In this document: positions 8,409-18,359 of the stretch, piece by piece
How the letters are laid out: the number at the start of each line of letters is the position of its first letter
Numbering within the stretch: position 1 is the first letter of the stretch
From: Gammaproteobacteria bacterium
GTDB taxonomy: Bacteria > Pseudomonadota > Gammaproteobacteria > Pseudomonadales > Azotimanducaceae
Assembly (NCBI GenBank): GCA_002725995.1
Contig: PBRQ01000028.1
Span: forward strand, 743 to 64,742
Length of the DNA stretch: 64,000 nucleotides
Direction: 5' to 3'
The notes under the pieces: generated by a model
The model's input: only the letters and a program-made list of their open reading frames with translations
What the model was told of the DNA's origin: nothing
The model's database searches: none
Translations under genes and position numbers: made by a program

Positions 8409-9398
8409 ATGATGGAATTCTGGACCGGTGCAGGGACAGTCAGCAAGAATCGAAAAATGCCCACGGCTATTGCTGCTGGCTATGATGCGGCGGCGGAGGG
8501 AGCGATAACAGCCGAGAAGTTAGGATTTGATGGTGTAAGCGCAGCAGAACACCATTTTATGTACGATGCATTTATGCCCCAGCCATTGCAGTCACTGGCG
8601 GCTATGGCTGCGGTAACTGAGAGAGTTAAATTACTGACCGGCGCGATGCTGCTGCCCCTTTATGATCCGCTCGAGGCGGCCGAGCAGTCAATTACTCTTG
8701 ATATTCTATCCAACGGCAGAGTCTGTATGGGCCTTGGTATGGGATATCGCCCCCTCGAATTCAACACCTTTGGAACAGCGAAGAAAACTCGCGGTGCCAG
8801 GCTTGTAGAGGGAATGGAAGTTTTACGGTTAGGGACATCCCAAGAAACATTTTCCTATGAAGGTAAGCACTACCAATACGAAAATGTAAGTCTGCTGCCA
8901 CGCCCAGTGCAAAGTCCAATCGAAATGTACTTCTGCGGCGGTGCCACCCCATTCGGGGCGCGTCGAGCGGGTAAGGCTGGGTTACCCTATTGGTTAGCCA
9001 ATTCACCAACGGATCACTCTGAGGAGATTATCAAGGAGTACCGGCGCATTGGCCTGGAAACTGGTCACGCTCCTGAGCAACTCAAGGTAGCAGTATTCAA
9101 GGATCTGTGTATCGCCGACACCATGCCAGAGGCGCTCGAATTGCGTGACTTCATGATGAATACCTTCTATGAAGAGCACATCCTCGGCTACGGTTACCTG
9201 GTGGACGCGGATGGCAAGAATCTCTACAACCCGCCGAAAGATCATCCGATATACCAGCGGTTTTACAATAGCCTTGCCTGTGTAACACCGGAAATGGCGG
9301 TTGAGGAAGTCAAACGCCATGAGCAGATGGGCATTGATGCAATCTATATGGGCAATCGTGATCTTGTGGCAAAGTACATTCTGCCGGAATTCAAATAG
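8409..9398 (+). CDS. Luciferase-like flavin-dependent monooxygenase/oxidoreductase (LLM)
   Basis: AEKLGFDGVSAAEHHF...RVKLLTGAMLLPLYDPLEAAEQSITLDILSNGRVCMGLGMGYRPLEF is the classic LLM pattern. AGGAG RBS. Confidence 0.85.
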   Translation: MMEFWTGAGTVSKNRKMPTAIAAGYDAAAEGAITAEKLGFDGVSAAEHHFMYDAFMPQPLQSLAAMAAVTERVKLLTGAMLLPLYDPLEAAEQSITLDILSNGRVCMGLGMGYRPLEFNTFGTAKKTRGARLVEGMEVLRLGTSQETFSYEGKHYQYENVSLLPRPVQSPIEMYFCGGATPFGARRAGKAGLPYWLANSPTDHSEEIIKEYRRIGLETGHAPEQLKVAVFKDLCIADTMPEALELRDFMMNTFYEEHILGYGYLVDADGKNLYNPPKDHPIYQRFYNSLACVTPEMAVEEVKRHEQMGIDAIYMGNRDLVAKYILPEFK

Positions 9399-9416
9399 AT
9401 CAAAATCCTGACAGGT

Positions 9417-10193
9417 CTAGTATTGCGCGGTACCACCATCAACGCTGAGTGAGGCACCAGTAATTCCACCGCCAGCTTCACTCGCCAGTAGCACGGCAAG
9501 GGCAGCGACTTCTTCCACCGTGTTGGGGCGCTGAAGGGCAGAGTCCTTTGCGAACAGTGCAACCATCTCATCGAAGGTCATCCCCATTGATTCAGCTGTG
9601 GCAGGACCATTGTCCTTTACGATATCCGTAATGATGAGGCCAGGGCAGATCGAATTAACCGTTACGCCTTCCGTACCCACTTCTCGGGCAATCGATTTAG
9701 TCATGCCATTGATCGCGTGTTTTGCCGCTGTGTAAGCAGTGAATACCGGCTTGCCATGCTTGCCTTCGGTGGAGGAAATATTGATTACCCGCCCCCATTT
9801 GTTAGCAATCATTGTCCTGACCGCGAGTCGAGTAGCCCAGAAGGTTGAGTAAACATTCCATTTCATGGTGTGATCGAAGGCTTCGTCGGTCAGGTCCACC
9901 AGGGGCTGAAGGTCGTTACTTCCTCCTGCGTTATTCACCAGTATATCGAGGTTGCCAAAGTGGGCAATTGTCTGGTTGATGAAACCTTCTATATCAGATT
10001 GGTTAATCGCATCCCCTTGAACGAAGACCAGGTTGTCACCTGCGCCCAGTTCTTTGAGCATGGCCTGCGCCTTCTCTTCGTTGCGCGCCATGATAGTAAC
10101 CTTTGCCCCTTCGGTGAGGTAAGCTTCTGCGATGCCTCTGCCGATACCTGCAGACCCGCCGGTGATGGCGGCGATTTTATTTTTAAGTTTCAT
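9417..10193 (-). CDS. Short-chain dehydrogenase/reductase (3-hydroxyacyl/3-hydroxybutyrate dehydrogenase-like)
   Basis: ITGGSAGIGRGIA, NNAGG, YTAAKHAINGMTK, CPGLI. It is roughly 50% identical by eye to the SDR at 22639..23430. AAGGAG precedes ATG 10193 (the track start 10223 is probably too long). Confidence 0.9.
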   Translation of the reverse strand: MKLKNKIAAITGGSAGIGRGIAEAYLTEGAKVTIMARNEEKAQAMLKELGAGDNLVFVQGDAINQSDIEGFINQTIAHFGNLDILVNNAGGSNDLQPLVDLTDEAFDHTMKWNVYSTFWATRLAVRTMIANKWGRVINISSTEGKHGKPVFTAYTAAKHAINGMTKSIAREVGTEGVTVNSICPGLIITDIVKDNGPATAESMGMTFDEMVALFAKDSALQRPNTVEEVAALAVLLASEAGGGITGASLSVDGGTAQY

Positions 10194-10269
10194 GCCATTC
10201 TCCTTCTTGACGACTAATTTCAACTATAGCATCTTTGTCTGATATCAATATACCTAGAGATCTCACTGC

Positions 10270-11007
10270 ATGCGCAATTACCCCGGAAAAAAGGATGGTA
10301 CTGTTTACAGAAATAGAGAGGTTCACTACTGTTCACAGAAATTCACAAACTTCGTCCGCAGCATCGTATTTTGGACGTTGCTGGCTGTCAGTCTTGGAAC
10401 GGGTAGCCAGGTTATGGCAGGAGATTCATCTGCTGAGGGGCCAAGAATCTTGCCGGTAGATGAACAAGATCTTCCCGAACATTTGAAGCAACTAAAAAAT
10501 AGCAACCCTCGTATTGCCCGGCTGAATATTATTCGTACGATGGCGCGTCATCCTGAGTTGCATAAAGCCTGGTCCAAGTTTGCCGGCTACATCATTCGCA
10601 ACAGTACCTTGCCCGACAGGGATAGGGAACTGGCGACACTTCGCATTGGCTGGCTTTGCAAAGCTGAATATGAATGGTCTCAGCATACTGTCATGGCGAA
10701 AGCAGTGGGCGTTACTGAAGCAGAGATTGAGCAGGTTATCCTGGGAAGTACTGGAAACTGGAATGAATTTGACAGGGCGCTGATGACGGCGGTTGATGAG
10801 TTGCATACGAGTTCCTCTATCACGGATGTCACCTGGCGGCAACTTAGCAGCCATTACAGCGAACAGCAGATGATGGACCTGGTTTTCACCGTCGGGCAGT
10901 ACACGTTGGTGTCGATGGCGCTGAATAGCTTTGGCGTTGAGATCGATGAGGGATATTCAGGTTTCCCTGAATCGTCCATGAAGGAGCCTGGAATAACTGC
11001 CAATTAG
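10270..11007 (+). CDS. Carboxymuconolactone decarboxylase (CMD/AhpD-like) family protein, possible N-terminal signal/anchor
   Basis: RTMARHPELHKAWSKFAGYIIRNSTLPDRDRELATLRIGWLCKAEYEWSQH is the CMD-family helix pattern. A hydrophobic segment IVFWTLLAVSLGTGSQVMA lies near the N-terminus. The start codon is uncertain. Confidence 0.7.
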   Translation: MRNYPGKKDGTVYRNREVHYCSQKFTNFVRSIVFWTLLAVSLGTGSQVMAGDSSAEGPRILPVDEQDLPEHLKQLKNSNPRIARLNIIRTMARHPELHKAWSKFAGYIIRNSTLPDRDRELATLRIGWLCKAEYEWSQHTVMAKAVGVTEAEIEQVILGSTGNWNEFDRALMTAVDELHTSSSITDVTWRQLSSHYSEQQMMDLVFTVGQYTLVSMALNSFGVEIDEGYSGFPESSMKEPGITAN

Positions 11008-11132
11008 GCAACCATTCTGCCATCGAGTTTTTAGGGCATCAGGCACATGCATCATCTGTGCATCATGTTATCCTTTATGGATTGGTACAAAAATAATGAT
11101 TCTATCGAGCCGATTCACGGCAGGGGTTCAAC

Positions 11133-11957
11133 ATGACGAAAAGATTAAAAGGTAAGGTTGCAGCTATTACGGGTGCATACAGTGGTTTTGGTGCAGCAAC
11201 TGCCAGCAGGTTTGTAGCCGAGGGTTGCCGCGTCGTGCTGGGTGATATCCAGGATATAGATACAAGTGAATATGGTGACAGTGCCGTTTTCGCACACTGT
11301 GATGTTTCCAAGGAAGATGATGTCAGTAACCTGGTTGACCTCGCCGTGAGTCATTTTGGCAAGCTCGACATTATGTTCAACAATGCGGGCATCGTTGGTG
11401 CAGTCGGACCTATTGATACGATTCCTGCAGAGGAATGGTCAGCCACCCTTGCGATACTTCTCAATGGTCCTTTCTACGGTATGAAGCATGCTGCCAGGGT
11501 GATGAAGCCCCAGGGATCTGGATCAATTATCAGTACCTCCAGCACTGCCGGGCTGACTGGCGGGCTTGGCCCTAACGCCTACACGGCTGCCAAACATGGG
11601 GTAGTTGGACTGACCAAAAATGTGGCAACGGACCTTTGTCACTATGGTATACGGGTAAATGCCATAGCGCCGGCGGGTATGGCGACCGCTATGGTTGCAA
11701 GCCTGATGGCTGGTGACCCCAAGGCTATTGAAGAGGCAAAGAACATACTGGCAGAACAATCTCCCCTCAAGGGCCGTCCTGGAACCGCGGAAGATGTAGC
11801 CAACGCGGCACTATGGTTAGCAAGCGATGAGTCGGGGTATACCACCGGTCACACACTTACCACAGATTCAGGTGTCACCATCGGCGCGACGGTTGAAGGT
11901 CCTGCGTTCAATGAGCGCCAACCCATGATTCGAGAAGCGGGTAAAGAAGGACTCTGA
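11133..11957 (+). CDS. Short-chain dehydrogenase/reductase
   Basis: ITGAYSGFGAATA, NNAGI, YTAAKHGVVGLTKN. Confidence 0.9.
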   Translation: MTKRLKGKVAAITGAYSGFGAATASRFVAEGCRVVLGDIQDIDTSEYGDSAVFAHCDVSKEDDVSNLVDLAVSHFGKLDIMFNNAGIVGAVGPIDTIPAEEWSATLAILLNGPFYGMKHAARVMKPQGSGSIISTSSTAGLTGGLGPNAYTAAKHGVVGLTKNVATDLCHYGIRVNAIAPAGMATAMVASLMAGDPKAIEEAKNILAEQSPLKGRPGTAEDVANAALWLASDESGYTTGHTLTTDSGVTIGATVEGPAFNERQPMIREAGKEGL

Positions 11958-11987
11958 TCGAGGGCTTTTGAAGGGGAGAGAGCTGAA

Positions 11988-12965
11988 ATGAAAGCAGCGA
12001 TATTTGAGCAGCCAGGTAAATCCCTGGTAATAGGTGAGCGAGATGATCCGCGAATTGTAGAGAACGAGATGCTGCTGCGCGTAAGGTACTGCGGAATCTG
12101 CGGCACAGATATACATGCCTCTCGTGAGGGTCCTTTCATGGCCCCGCCGGGTACGGTATTTGGACATGAGTTCGCTGGTGAAATAATCGAGATTGGCGGT
12201 GGCATATCGAGTGACCAATTTTCCATTGGTGAACGGGTTACCTCATTGCCGTTCATTGGCGACAAGACCATTGGCCTTGGTGACGTCGATGGAGGCTATG
12301 CAGAACTTGTTAAGGTGGACTATCAACAGGCCGTCAAGCTCCCGGATGCGATAGATGACGTGCAGGGCGCGCTGGTTGAGCCCATGGCTGTTGGGCTGCA
12401 TTCAGTGAAGATGGCAGACTCTGTTGCCGGCAAGAAGGTGCTTATAATCGGTGCCGGTCCAATTGGTCTTGCCTGTGCGATCTGGTGTCGTTTTTTTGGT
12501 GCTGATAGAGTGGTTATCAGCGAATTTTCAGAGACGCGAATTCGCATTGCTGAAGGCATTGGTTTTACCGAATTTATCAGCCCCGATCAGGATGTTGGTG
12601 CGGAGTTCACGTCACTCACTGGCGCTGAGCCAGCCGTTCAGTTTGAATGCGTCGGCGCGCCGGGAATGTTACAGAGTTGTATTGAACGAGCACCAGCGAG
12701 GGGTGTGGTGATGGGCATAGGCGTTTGTGACAGCCCCGACAGCATCACACCACTACTGGCTTTCATGAAGGAACTGCGCATGCAATGGGCGGTTGGCTAT
12801 GACAAGGCCGACTTCGAGTTTGCTATTGAAATGATGACGCAGGGCCGGCTAGAGCCGATGCCCATGGTTACAGATATTATCAGCCTGGATCAGGTGCCGG
12901 AATTTTTTGAACAATTGCGCCAGCCATCCAGCCAATGCAAGGTGCTGATTGATTTGCTGAAATGA
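11988..12965 (+). CDS. Zn-dependent medium-chain alcohol dehydrogenase (MDR)
   Basis: CGICGTDIH and GHEFAGEI (catalytic Zn ligands), GAGPIGL Rossmann motif. GGGGAGAG RBS. Confidence 0.9.
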   Translation: MKAAIFEQPGKSLVIGERDDPRIVENEMLLRVRYCGICGTDIHASREGPFMAPPGTVFGHEFAGEIIEIGGGISSDQFSIGERVTSLPFIGDKTIGLGDVDGGYAELVKVDYQQAVKLPDAIDDVQGALVEPMAVGLHSVKMADSVAGKKVLIIGAGPIGLACAIWCRFFGADRVVISEFSETRIRIAEGIGFTEFISPDQDVGAEFTSLTGAEPAVQFECVGAPGMLQSCIERAPARGVVMGIGVCDSPDSITPLLAFMKELRMQWAVGYDKADFEFAIEMMTQGRLEPMPMVTDIISLDQVPEFFEQLRQPSSQCKVLIDLLK

Positions 12966-13014
12966 TCAGTTGGTTCAAAAGGTACACCAAGAATAATCAC
13001 AGAGAGAACAAATA

Positions 13015-13500
13015 ATGAGCGACAATCAATCAAATCAAATAGAGCAGTTAATGGATGAAGCGGAACTGCGGCGACTGACCACAAACTATGCGATAGCGAC
13101 GGACGCGCTGGGCAGTGGTGATCCTGACAGGCAAGTATCAGGCCGGGCGCTTTACCATAAAGTATTTGCGCCTGATGCGCGCGTCAGTGCTGGTGAGTCT
13201 GAACAATTTATTGGCCCTGATGCCTGGGCGGATTACGTTACTAAAGCCCTTGAAACATTCTCAACGACGCAGCACCTGGTTGGTACCATTGACGTCGAAT
13301 TGACGGGAAAGGATAGCGCAAGAATTGCGACATACTTGAGTGCAACCCACGAATATGAGCCAAGAGGTACGCTCTGGATCGTACTTGGCACCTATGATGA
13401 TGAAGCAACAAAAACCGAATCAGGATGGCTTATAACCAAACGCCACCTGTCCATGACCTCATCCGAAGAACGTGCCCACGACGCGGCAAGTGCTCAATAA
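13015..13500 (+). CDS. NTF2-like / SnoaL_4-type protein
   Basis: ELRRLTTNYAIATDALG...TQHLVGTIDVEL...GTYDDEATKTESGWLITKR follows the SnoaL_4/NTF2 pattern. Confidence 0.7.
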   Translation: MSDNQSNQIEQLMDEAELRRLTTNYAIATDALGSGDPDRQVSGRALYHKVFAPDARVSAGESEQFIGPDAWADYVTKALETFSTTQHLVGTIDVELTGKDSARIATYLSATHEYEPRGTLWIVLGTYDDEATKTESGWLITKRHLSMTSSEERAHDAASAQ

Positions 13501-13502
13501 AT

Positions 13503-13524
13503 AGAACCCCTAATTAAGGGTTCT
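13503..13524. terminator. Hairpin between convergent genes
   Basis: AGAACCC-(8 nt loop)-GGGTTCT, immediately after the stop at 13500. The stem is short and there is no U-tract. Confidence 0.3.
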
Positions 13525-13557
13525 CACAGCCCATTTCCGCGCTTTACCTGCAGCCAG

Positions 13558-14334
13558 TTAGGGCAGCAGGGTGTGCTCTTTTGTTGGTGCGCTTTCAAGC
13601 TTGTAATAGGCAAAACCAAAAATATCCAGTGCAGAGGCACCGCTTTCCGTTGTGGGAATGCCACCGGATGGAGCCGTAGCAAGGGTCGCACCCAAGTCTC
13701 CAGCAACCTTCTCCACATCGTCGGTTTCCAGTTCAAAAATCCCGACAAATTGAGTGGCTTCACCTGCATTTACTGAGGCAATTTTGTAACGAGCACCACC
13801 CCGAATTCCTGGCGTGCTGATAATGTCGTCCATATGCCAGTCATACCACTTATTTAGTGCATCAACATCGGCATCCGCGGCAGGCGCGGTATAGGTGACC
13901 AGCAGGCCTTCGGCAGCGTTATCTGGAGATACGTCATTTTCACCTACCTCCAGCGTTTTTGTGTAGTAGGCCCAGGTGTCCACTGATATTAGTCCACCAG
14001 GTCTTGTTCCTCCACCAGCGCCATGAATTTTCCATTCATCTCCCTGGCCTGTTGCCTCTGGCATTACCATACGTTTTGGATCGGGCGCGTTGAGGTACGC
14101 CATCATGCCATTGTTAGCATCTGTCGCATCATCATTGTCAATATAGTAGAGTGCCAGATAAGGTGGAACCTCACCAATGTGGGTCATGGCAAGCTTGTAG
14201 CGGAGTGCTGCCGTCAATCCAGGTGCGTGCAGCACATCAGGTACATGGTTGCCCGTATACCATTCATTGAATTCATCTTCCCGAGCCATATCTTGAGGAT
14301 GGGTTCGGACTAGCATGAGCGTGTTAGTTAACAT
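13558..14334 (-). CDS. Tandem-domain dimeric alpha/beta-barrel (EthD/DUF4286-like) protein
   Basis: There is an internal duplication: EFNEWYTGNHVPDVLHAPGLTAALRYKL (N half) versus ALNKWYDWHMDDIISTPGIRGGARYKI (C half). AGGAG RBS. Confidence 0.55.
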   Translation of the reverse strand: MLTNTLMLVRTHPQDMAREDEFNEWYTGNHVPDVLHAPGLTAALRYKLAMTHIGEVPPYLALYYIDNDDATDANNGMMAYLNAPDPKRMVMPEATGQGDEWKIHGAGGGTRPGGLISVDTWAYYTKTLEVGENDVSPDNAAEGLLVTYTAPAADADVDALNKWYDWHMDDIISTPGIRGGARYKIASVNAGEATQFVGIFELETDDVEKVAGDLGATLATAPSGGIPTTESGASALDIFGFAYYKLESAPTKEHTLLP

Positions 14335-14617
14335 CTTATTGAATCTCCTGAGCGGAACTTGGTTGTTTACGGCTATTTTTCTTCCAGTACATCATCCGGA
14401 TGTATCGCAATGTTTAGATCTATTTACTGCCTACCTTCCTAGTTGACTAATATATGGAAACTGGGCTCAACAATAAAGGAGCTACTCTGCCGAATCAATA
14501 GCCCGCAGAATCGGCTGAAAAATGGTGAGTTGGAGTCCCCGCTGTTCTGGAGCGCTCAGATGTGGAAGAATGAAAGCTACTTACAAAAAGCCAATTCTAT
14601 ATAAATGGAGCTAGTTG

Positions 14618-15841
14618 ATGCCAACGCGCGTGCTAACGGAAGCAGATGAACTACCAAGACACCAGACCATCAGTACCTTTGATACAGTCGCTAACTCAAA
14701 TCCCGAATGGAACGATGGTTACTGGTTCTGTTTTGGTGACCCGGCGGGCGAGGGCAATCTGATTACAGGTATACGTCTGTATCACAACACCAACGTGATT
14801 GATGCCTACGTCATAGTTAGTACCCAGGAAGGCAAACAGTACAACCTGCGGGCAAGCCGCAGATTACGCCCAAGAATTGATGACATAGCCGTAGGCCCCT
14901 TCTGGCAGGAGATTATTAGAGGCCTGCATACCATCAGGCTTGGTTGTGATGAAAATCCCCATCAGGTTGCGTTTGACGTTCTCTGGGAAAGCACAGCCCC
15001 ACCACACGATGAGGCAACTGGTGTACAGAACTACCGGGACGGCCGACTGGTTGGTGAGCGATCCAATTATGTACAGGTAGGTGCACTCTCTGGCTGGGTC
15101 GAGGTTGGTGGCAAGAGATGGGAATTCACGGTTGAGGATGGCTGGGCTGGTGCCCGGGACCATTCATGGGGTCAGGGGTATACGGGTGCAGGTGAGAAGC
15201 CGAACCAATACGCCGCTCCAGTCGTGACAGACGGAAAAACGCGTGGTGGCTGGGGTGGCCCCGGGATGCGGCACTGGGGATTGATCAAGTTCCCTGACCG
15301 TAGCCTTTTTTATGCCTTTATGAGGAATTCTGATGGTACCTATTCAGAGTCTGGTACGGGTGCGAGAGGTAGTAGTGCCATCCACAGTGTTATTGACCAT
15401 AACTATGGTAGCGATATACCCAAGTGGTCTTACACGGATGTGGAAGCGCTGGATCATGAATGGGTTGACGGCCAGCCGCTATTAAAGTGTGGTCGCATCA
15501 ACTTGACCCGCTCCGATGGTAGTGTCGACCGCTTTCAGGTTGATGTTGTCAGCAAACCTGTACACATGCAGGGAGGCGGTTACTGGGGTGGCTGGAATGA
15601 TCAGCTCGGCAGGGGTATCTACCGGGGTGAAGAATATGTCGAAGGAGAAATCTGGGATATCAGCCATCCAGTGAAGATCTTCACAGCTGATGGGGAGGAA
15701 GTGCCCCCGACACCAGCCGCTGGAGCAGCATATTGGGAAGTCTATGCCCTGTATACAAACCTTGATGATCCGAATGATGTCGGTCTTGGAATACTCGAAG
15801 CCGCTATCATTGGTGACTATGAAGGTGTTAAGGCTCGCTAG
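14618..15841 (+). CDS. Uncharacterised RDHSW-family protein, paralogue P2 (long subfamily)
   Basis: DELPRHQTISTFD, WNDGYWFCFGDPAGEG, GRLVGERSNY, ARDHSWGQG, GGGYWGGWNDQLGRGIYRG. It is clearly homologous to 16994..18130. The ATG at 14618 follows GGAG (the track start is TTG 14615). Confidence 0.7.
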   Translation: MPTRVLTEADELPRHQTISTFDTVANSNPEWNDGYWFCFGDPAGEGNLITGIRLYHNTNVIDAYVIVSTQEGKQYNLRASRRLRPRIDDIAVGPFWQEIIRGLHTIRLGCDENPHQVAFDVLWESTAPPHDEATGVQNYRDGRLVGERSNYVQVGALSGWVEVGGKRWEFTVEDGWAGARDHSWGQGYTGAGEKPNQYAAPVVTDGKTRGGWGGPGMRHWGLIKFPDRSLFYAFMRNSDGTYSESGTGARGSSAIHSVIDHNYGSDIPKWSYTDVEALDHEWVDGQPLLKCGRINLTRSDGSVDRFQVDVVSKPVHMQGGGYWGGWNDQLGRGIYRGEEYVEGEIWDISHPVKIFTADGEEVPPTPAAGAAYWEVYALYTNLDDPNDVGLGILEAAIIGDYEGVKAR

Positions 15842-16640
15842 GGAACATATCCTCGGCATTTGGCAGACGCTGCAGGTGATTCCCATTGTCTACGGGTACT
15901 ACCTGCCCCGTCATGGATGTTGACAGGTCGCTGGCCAGGAATATGGCAACATCGGCACAATCGTCGACGGACGTTACTCTACGCAAGGGGGTTTCCTTTA
16001 TGAATGCCCGTGAGATAGGCGATTCACTCTCGAGATTTACCTGCGCATCGTCAATGGGCTCCATGCCGCCGTAGGCGTTCATCGCCGTAGGCACAAAAGT
16101 TGGTGCCAGAGCATTCACGCGTACATTAGATGGGCCGTATTCTCTGGCAGCGATCTTGGTGACGAAATTTGCGGCAGCCTTGCAGCCAGAGTAGGGGGAT
16201 AGTCCGACGGGAACCATCACAGCAGTAGCGGAAGTAATGTTGATCAAGGAGCCACCACCGTTGGCCGCATGGGCATTACCAAAATGCTTCATGAAATAGT
16301 AGGCACCAAAAAACTGAACATCAGCCACTTGTTTTAGCAGAGCAGGATCCAGATCAGCGAGGGTTGACGGCATATTTACGCCTGCTGAATTGATGCTGAA
16401 GTCAATCCTTCCCCATTTTTCTACTGCAGCATTTGCGAGTGCTTCAAGATCATCATAATTGCTGACATCACAGCGAATGGGGGTGGCGCCAATCTCTTTT
16501 GATAACTTTTCAAGTTGATCCACTCTGCGGGCAGCGACTATTAGTTCAGCCCCTTCTTCTACGAATCTTTCTGCGATTCGCCAGCCAATACCACTTGAGG
16601 CGCCCAATACCACTCCCACTTTACCGTCGAGTATACCCAT
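15828..16640 (-). CDS. Short-chain dehydrogenase/reductase
   Basis: VLGASSGIGWRIA, YSGCKAAANFVTK (YxxxK). Its 3' end overlaps the convergent gene by 14 nt. Confidence 0.88.
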   Translation of the reverse strand: MGILDGKVGVVLGASSGIGWRIAERFVEEGAELIVAARRVDQLEKLSKEIGATPIRCDVSNYDDLEALANAAVEKWGRIDFSINSAGVNMPSTLADLDPALLKQVADVQFFGAYYFMKHFGNAHAANGGGSLINITSATAVMVPVGLSPYSGCKAAANFVTKIAAREYGPSNVRVNALAPTFVPTAMNAYGGMEPIDDAQVNLESESPISRAFIKETPLRRVTSVDDCADVAIFLASDLSTSMTGQVVPVDNGNHLQRLPNAEDMFPSEP

Positions 16641-16993
16641 TTCTATCTATTGCTCCCTTGTTTGTCGTATATCGTGTTGTTGAGTATTGCCACTGCTGTG
16701 CCTGGCCCAAAACCGACCTGCTGTAAATTGCAAACCCATGGATTTCCGTCTCTACTCAGGTGAGTCATCGGAATGTCTGAACTGTAGCACGGCTGTATAG
16801 GGATTTGGAATATGCCGATTGATATGAGGTCTTTGGAACCTTGCGCCAGCTGAGTTAATCCATTATTGAGACGTTCATTTTGAACACCAACCCTAATTGA
16901 CGTATGGTCGAGGCGTTGATTGATTTTAATGTTTCTGACCAACATGATTTCAGGGACATCCTCCAAACAAACAAGTGACCAGACTATTTATCT

Positions 16994-18130
16994 ATGAAAC
17001 TGAACCTTACCAAAATGGATGAATTCCCACGTCATCAGACTGGCGTCACCTTTGATATTGTCAACAGTACTTCACCGCACTGGAGTGACGGTTATTACTA
17101 CACACTGGGTGATGATCAGGGCCGGGTTGCCTTTTTTTCGGCGCTGCGACTTTATGCAGTGAACGATGTAATGGATGCATTCACCTGCGTTTCCGGTGGT
17201 GGCCTGCAACACAATATGCGGTTTTCCAGGAGACTGAGACCCCGCATTGATGACCTTGAGTGTGGCGCTATGTCAGTGGAGATTATTGAGGGCCTTCGTC
17301 GTATCCGCACCAAGGCTGAACCAAACGAATATGGCATCAGCTATGACCTGTTATGGGAAGGTTTTACTCCTCCCTACAACGAGGAGTACCACATCAATTT
17401 TGCTGGCGGGCGATTGGTGGGTGAGCGCAGTAATTATGATCAGGTTATGGATGTCACCGGCTGGCTTGAGATCAAGGGCGAGCGATATGAGGTGGAGCCG
17501 GAGCATTGGACTGGTGTTCGGGATCATTCCTGGGGTATCGGGCCAACGGGTGGTCCTCCCTCTAATGTCGCGGCCCCCCTTCCCCGGGGCGTACCCTTTG
17601 GTCTGCGACAGTGGGTATGGTTCAAGCTGCCTGACAGGGCCATCTTCTGGCACTTTCACCGTAATGCCAGCGGTCAGCTGACAAAGTTTGAGAGTGTTTG
17701 CATGTACCCCTATGGGGATGATCGAGAGCCTTATACCTATGCCAATATTGAACAGGATCTGGAGTTTGTTCCCGGCGAACGCAGGCTTATGAGGGGCACC
17801 GTGGAAATGACACGTGAGGATGGTGTTGTGGAACGGTTTCTAATGGAAAATATTACCGATCCGGTTTATCTCGAAGGTGGCGGATACTGGGAGGGCTATG
17901 ACGATCACTGGGGGCGAGGCGTCTACCGCGGAGATGATCATGCGGAGGGGGAAACCTGGGACGTATCCCATCCGACCCGGATAGGTGACCCCAAGGGCAT
18001 AGCACAGTCCCGGCCAGATGCCTGGTGTGAAAATTTTGGCCGGTTCACCAGTCTCGATAACCCAGCTGATGTTGGTATCGGGCATCTCGAATGTGTAGTT
18101 TCGGGACCCTATCCAGGATTTGCAGATTAA
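16994..18130 (+). CDS. Uncharacterised RDHSW-family protein, paralogue P3 (long subfamily)
   Basis: MDEFPRHQTGVTFD, WSDGYYYTLGDDQG, GRLVGERSNY, VRDHSWGIG, GGGYWEGYDDHWGRGVYRG, VGIGHLE. Confidence 0.7.
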   Translation: MKLNLTKMDEFPRHQTGVTFDIVNSTSPHWSDGYYYTLGDDQGRVAFFSALRLYAVNDVMDAFTCVSGGGLQHNMRFSRRLRPRIDDLECGAMSVEIIEGLRRIRTKAEPNEYGISYDLLWEGFTPPYNEEYHINFAGGRLVGERSNYDQVMDVTGWLEIKGERYEVEPEHWTGVRDHSWGIGPTGGPPSNVAAPLPRGVPFGLRQWVWFKLPDRAIFWHFHRNASGQLTKFESVCMYPYGDDREPYTYANIEQDLEFVPGERRLMRGTVEMTREDGVVERFLMENITDPVYLEGGGYWEGYDDHWGRGVYRGDDHAEGETWDVSHPTRIGDPKGIAQSRPDAWCENFGRFTSLDNPADVGIGHLECVVSGPYPGFAD

Positions 18131-18359
18131 GGAACGGCAAATTCCTGGTACCGTTTGAAATCTGATGAGACATTTGGAATACTCGAGGGTGTCGCCAAAA
18201 GAATCGGTGACAATCATGCGGCGGGCGTGTCATAGAATACCGCCGATTTCTCTATAAATCACCGATGGGCAGAATCCGAGGGCTGGATGACTTCCAGACT
18301 CACGGTTCCCGATGGGGACCCTTTACTGTTCGAGCGTTGACAAGAAGGAGTACGTGTAG

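Noticed and set aside
16643-16966. 107-aa ORF filling the SDR/P3 divergent intergenic region
   Set aside because: It has no RBS and no recognisable motif, and it would remove all promoter space for both flanking genes. I treat the region as regulatory.
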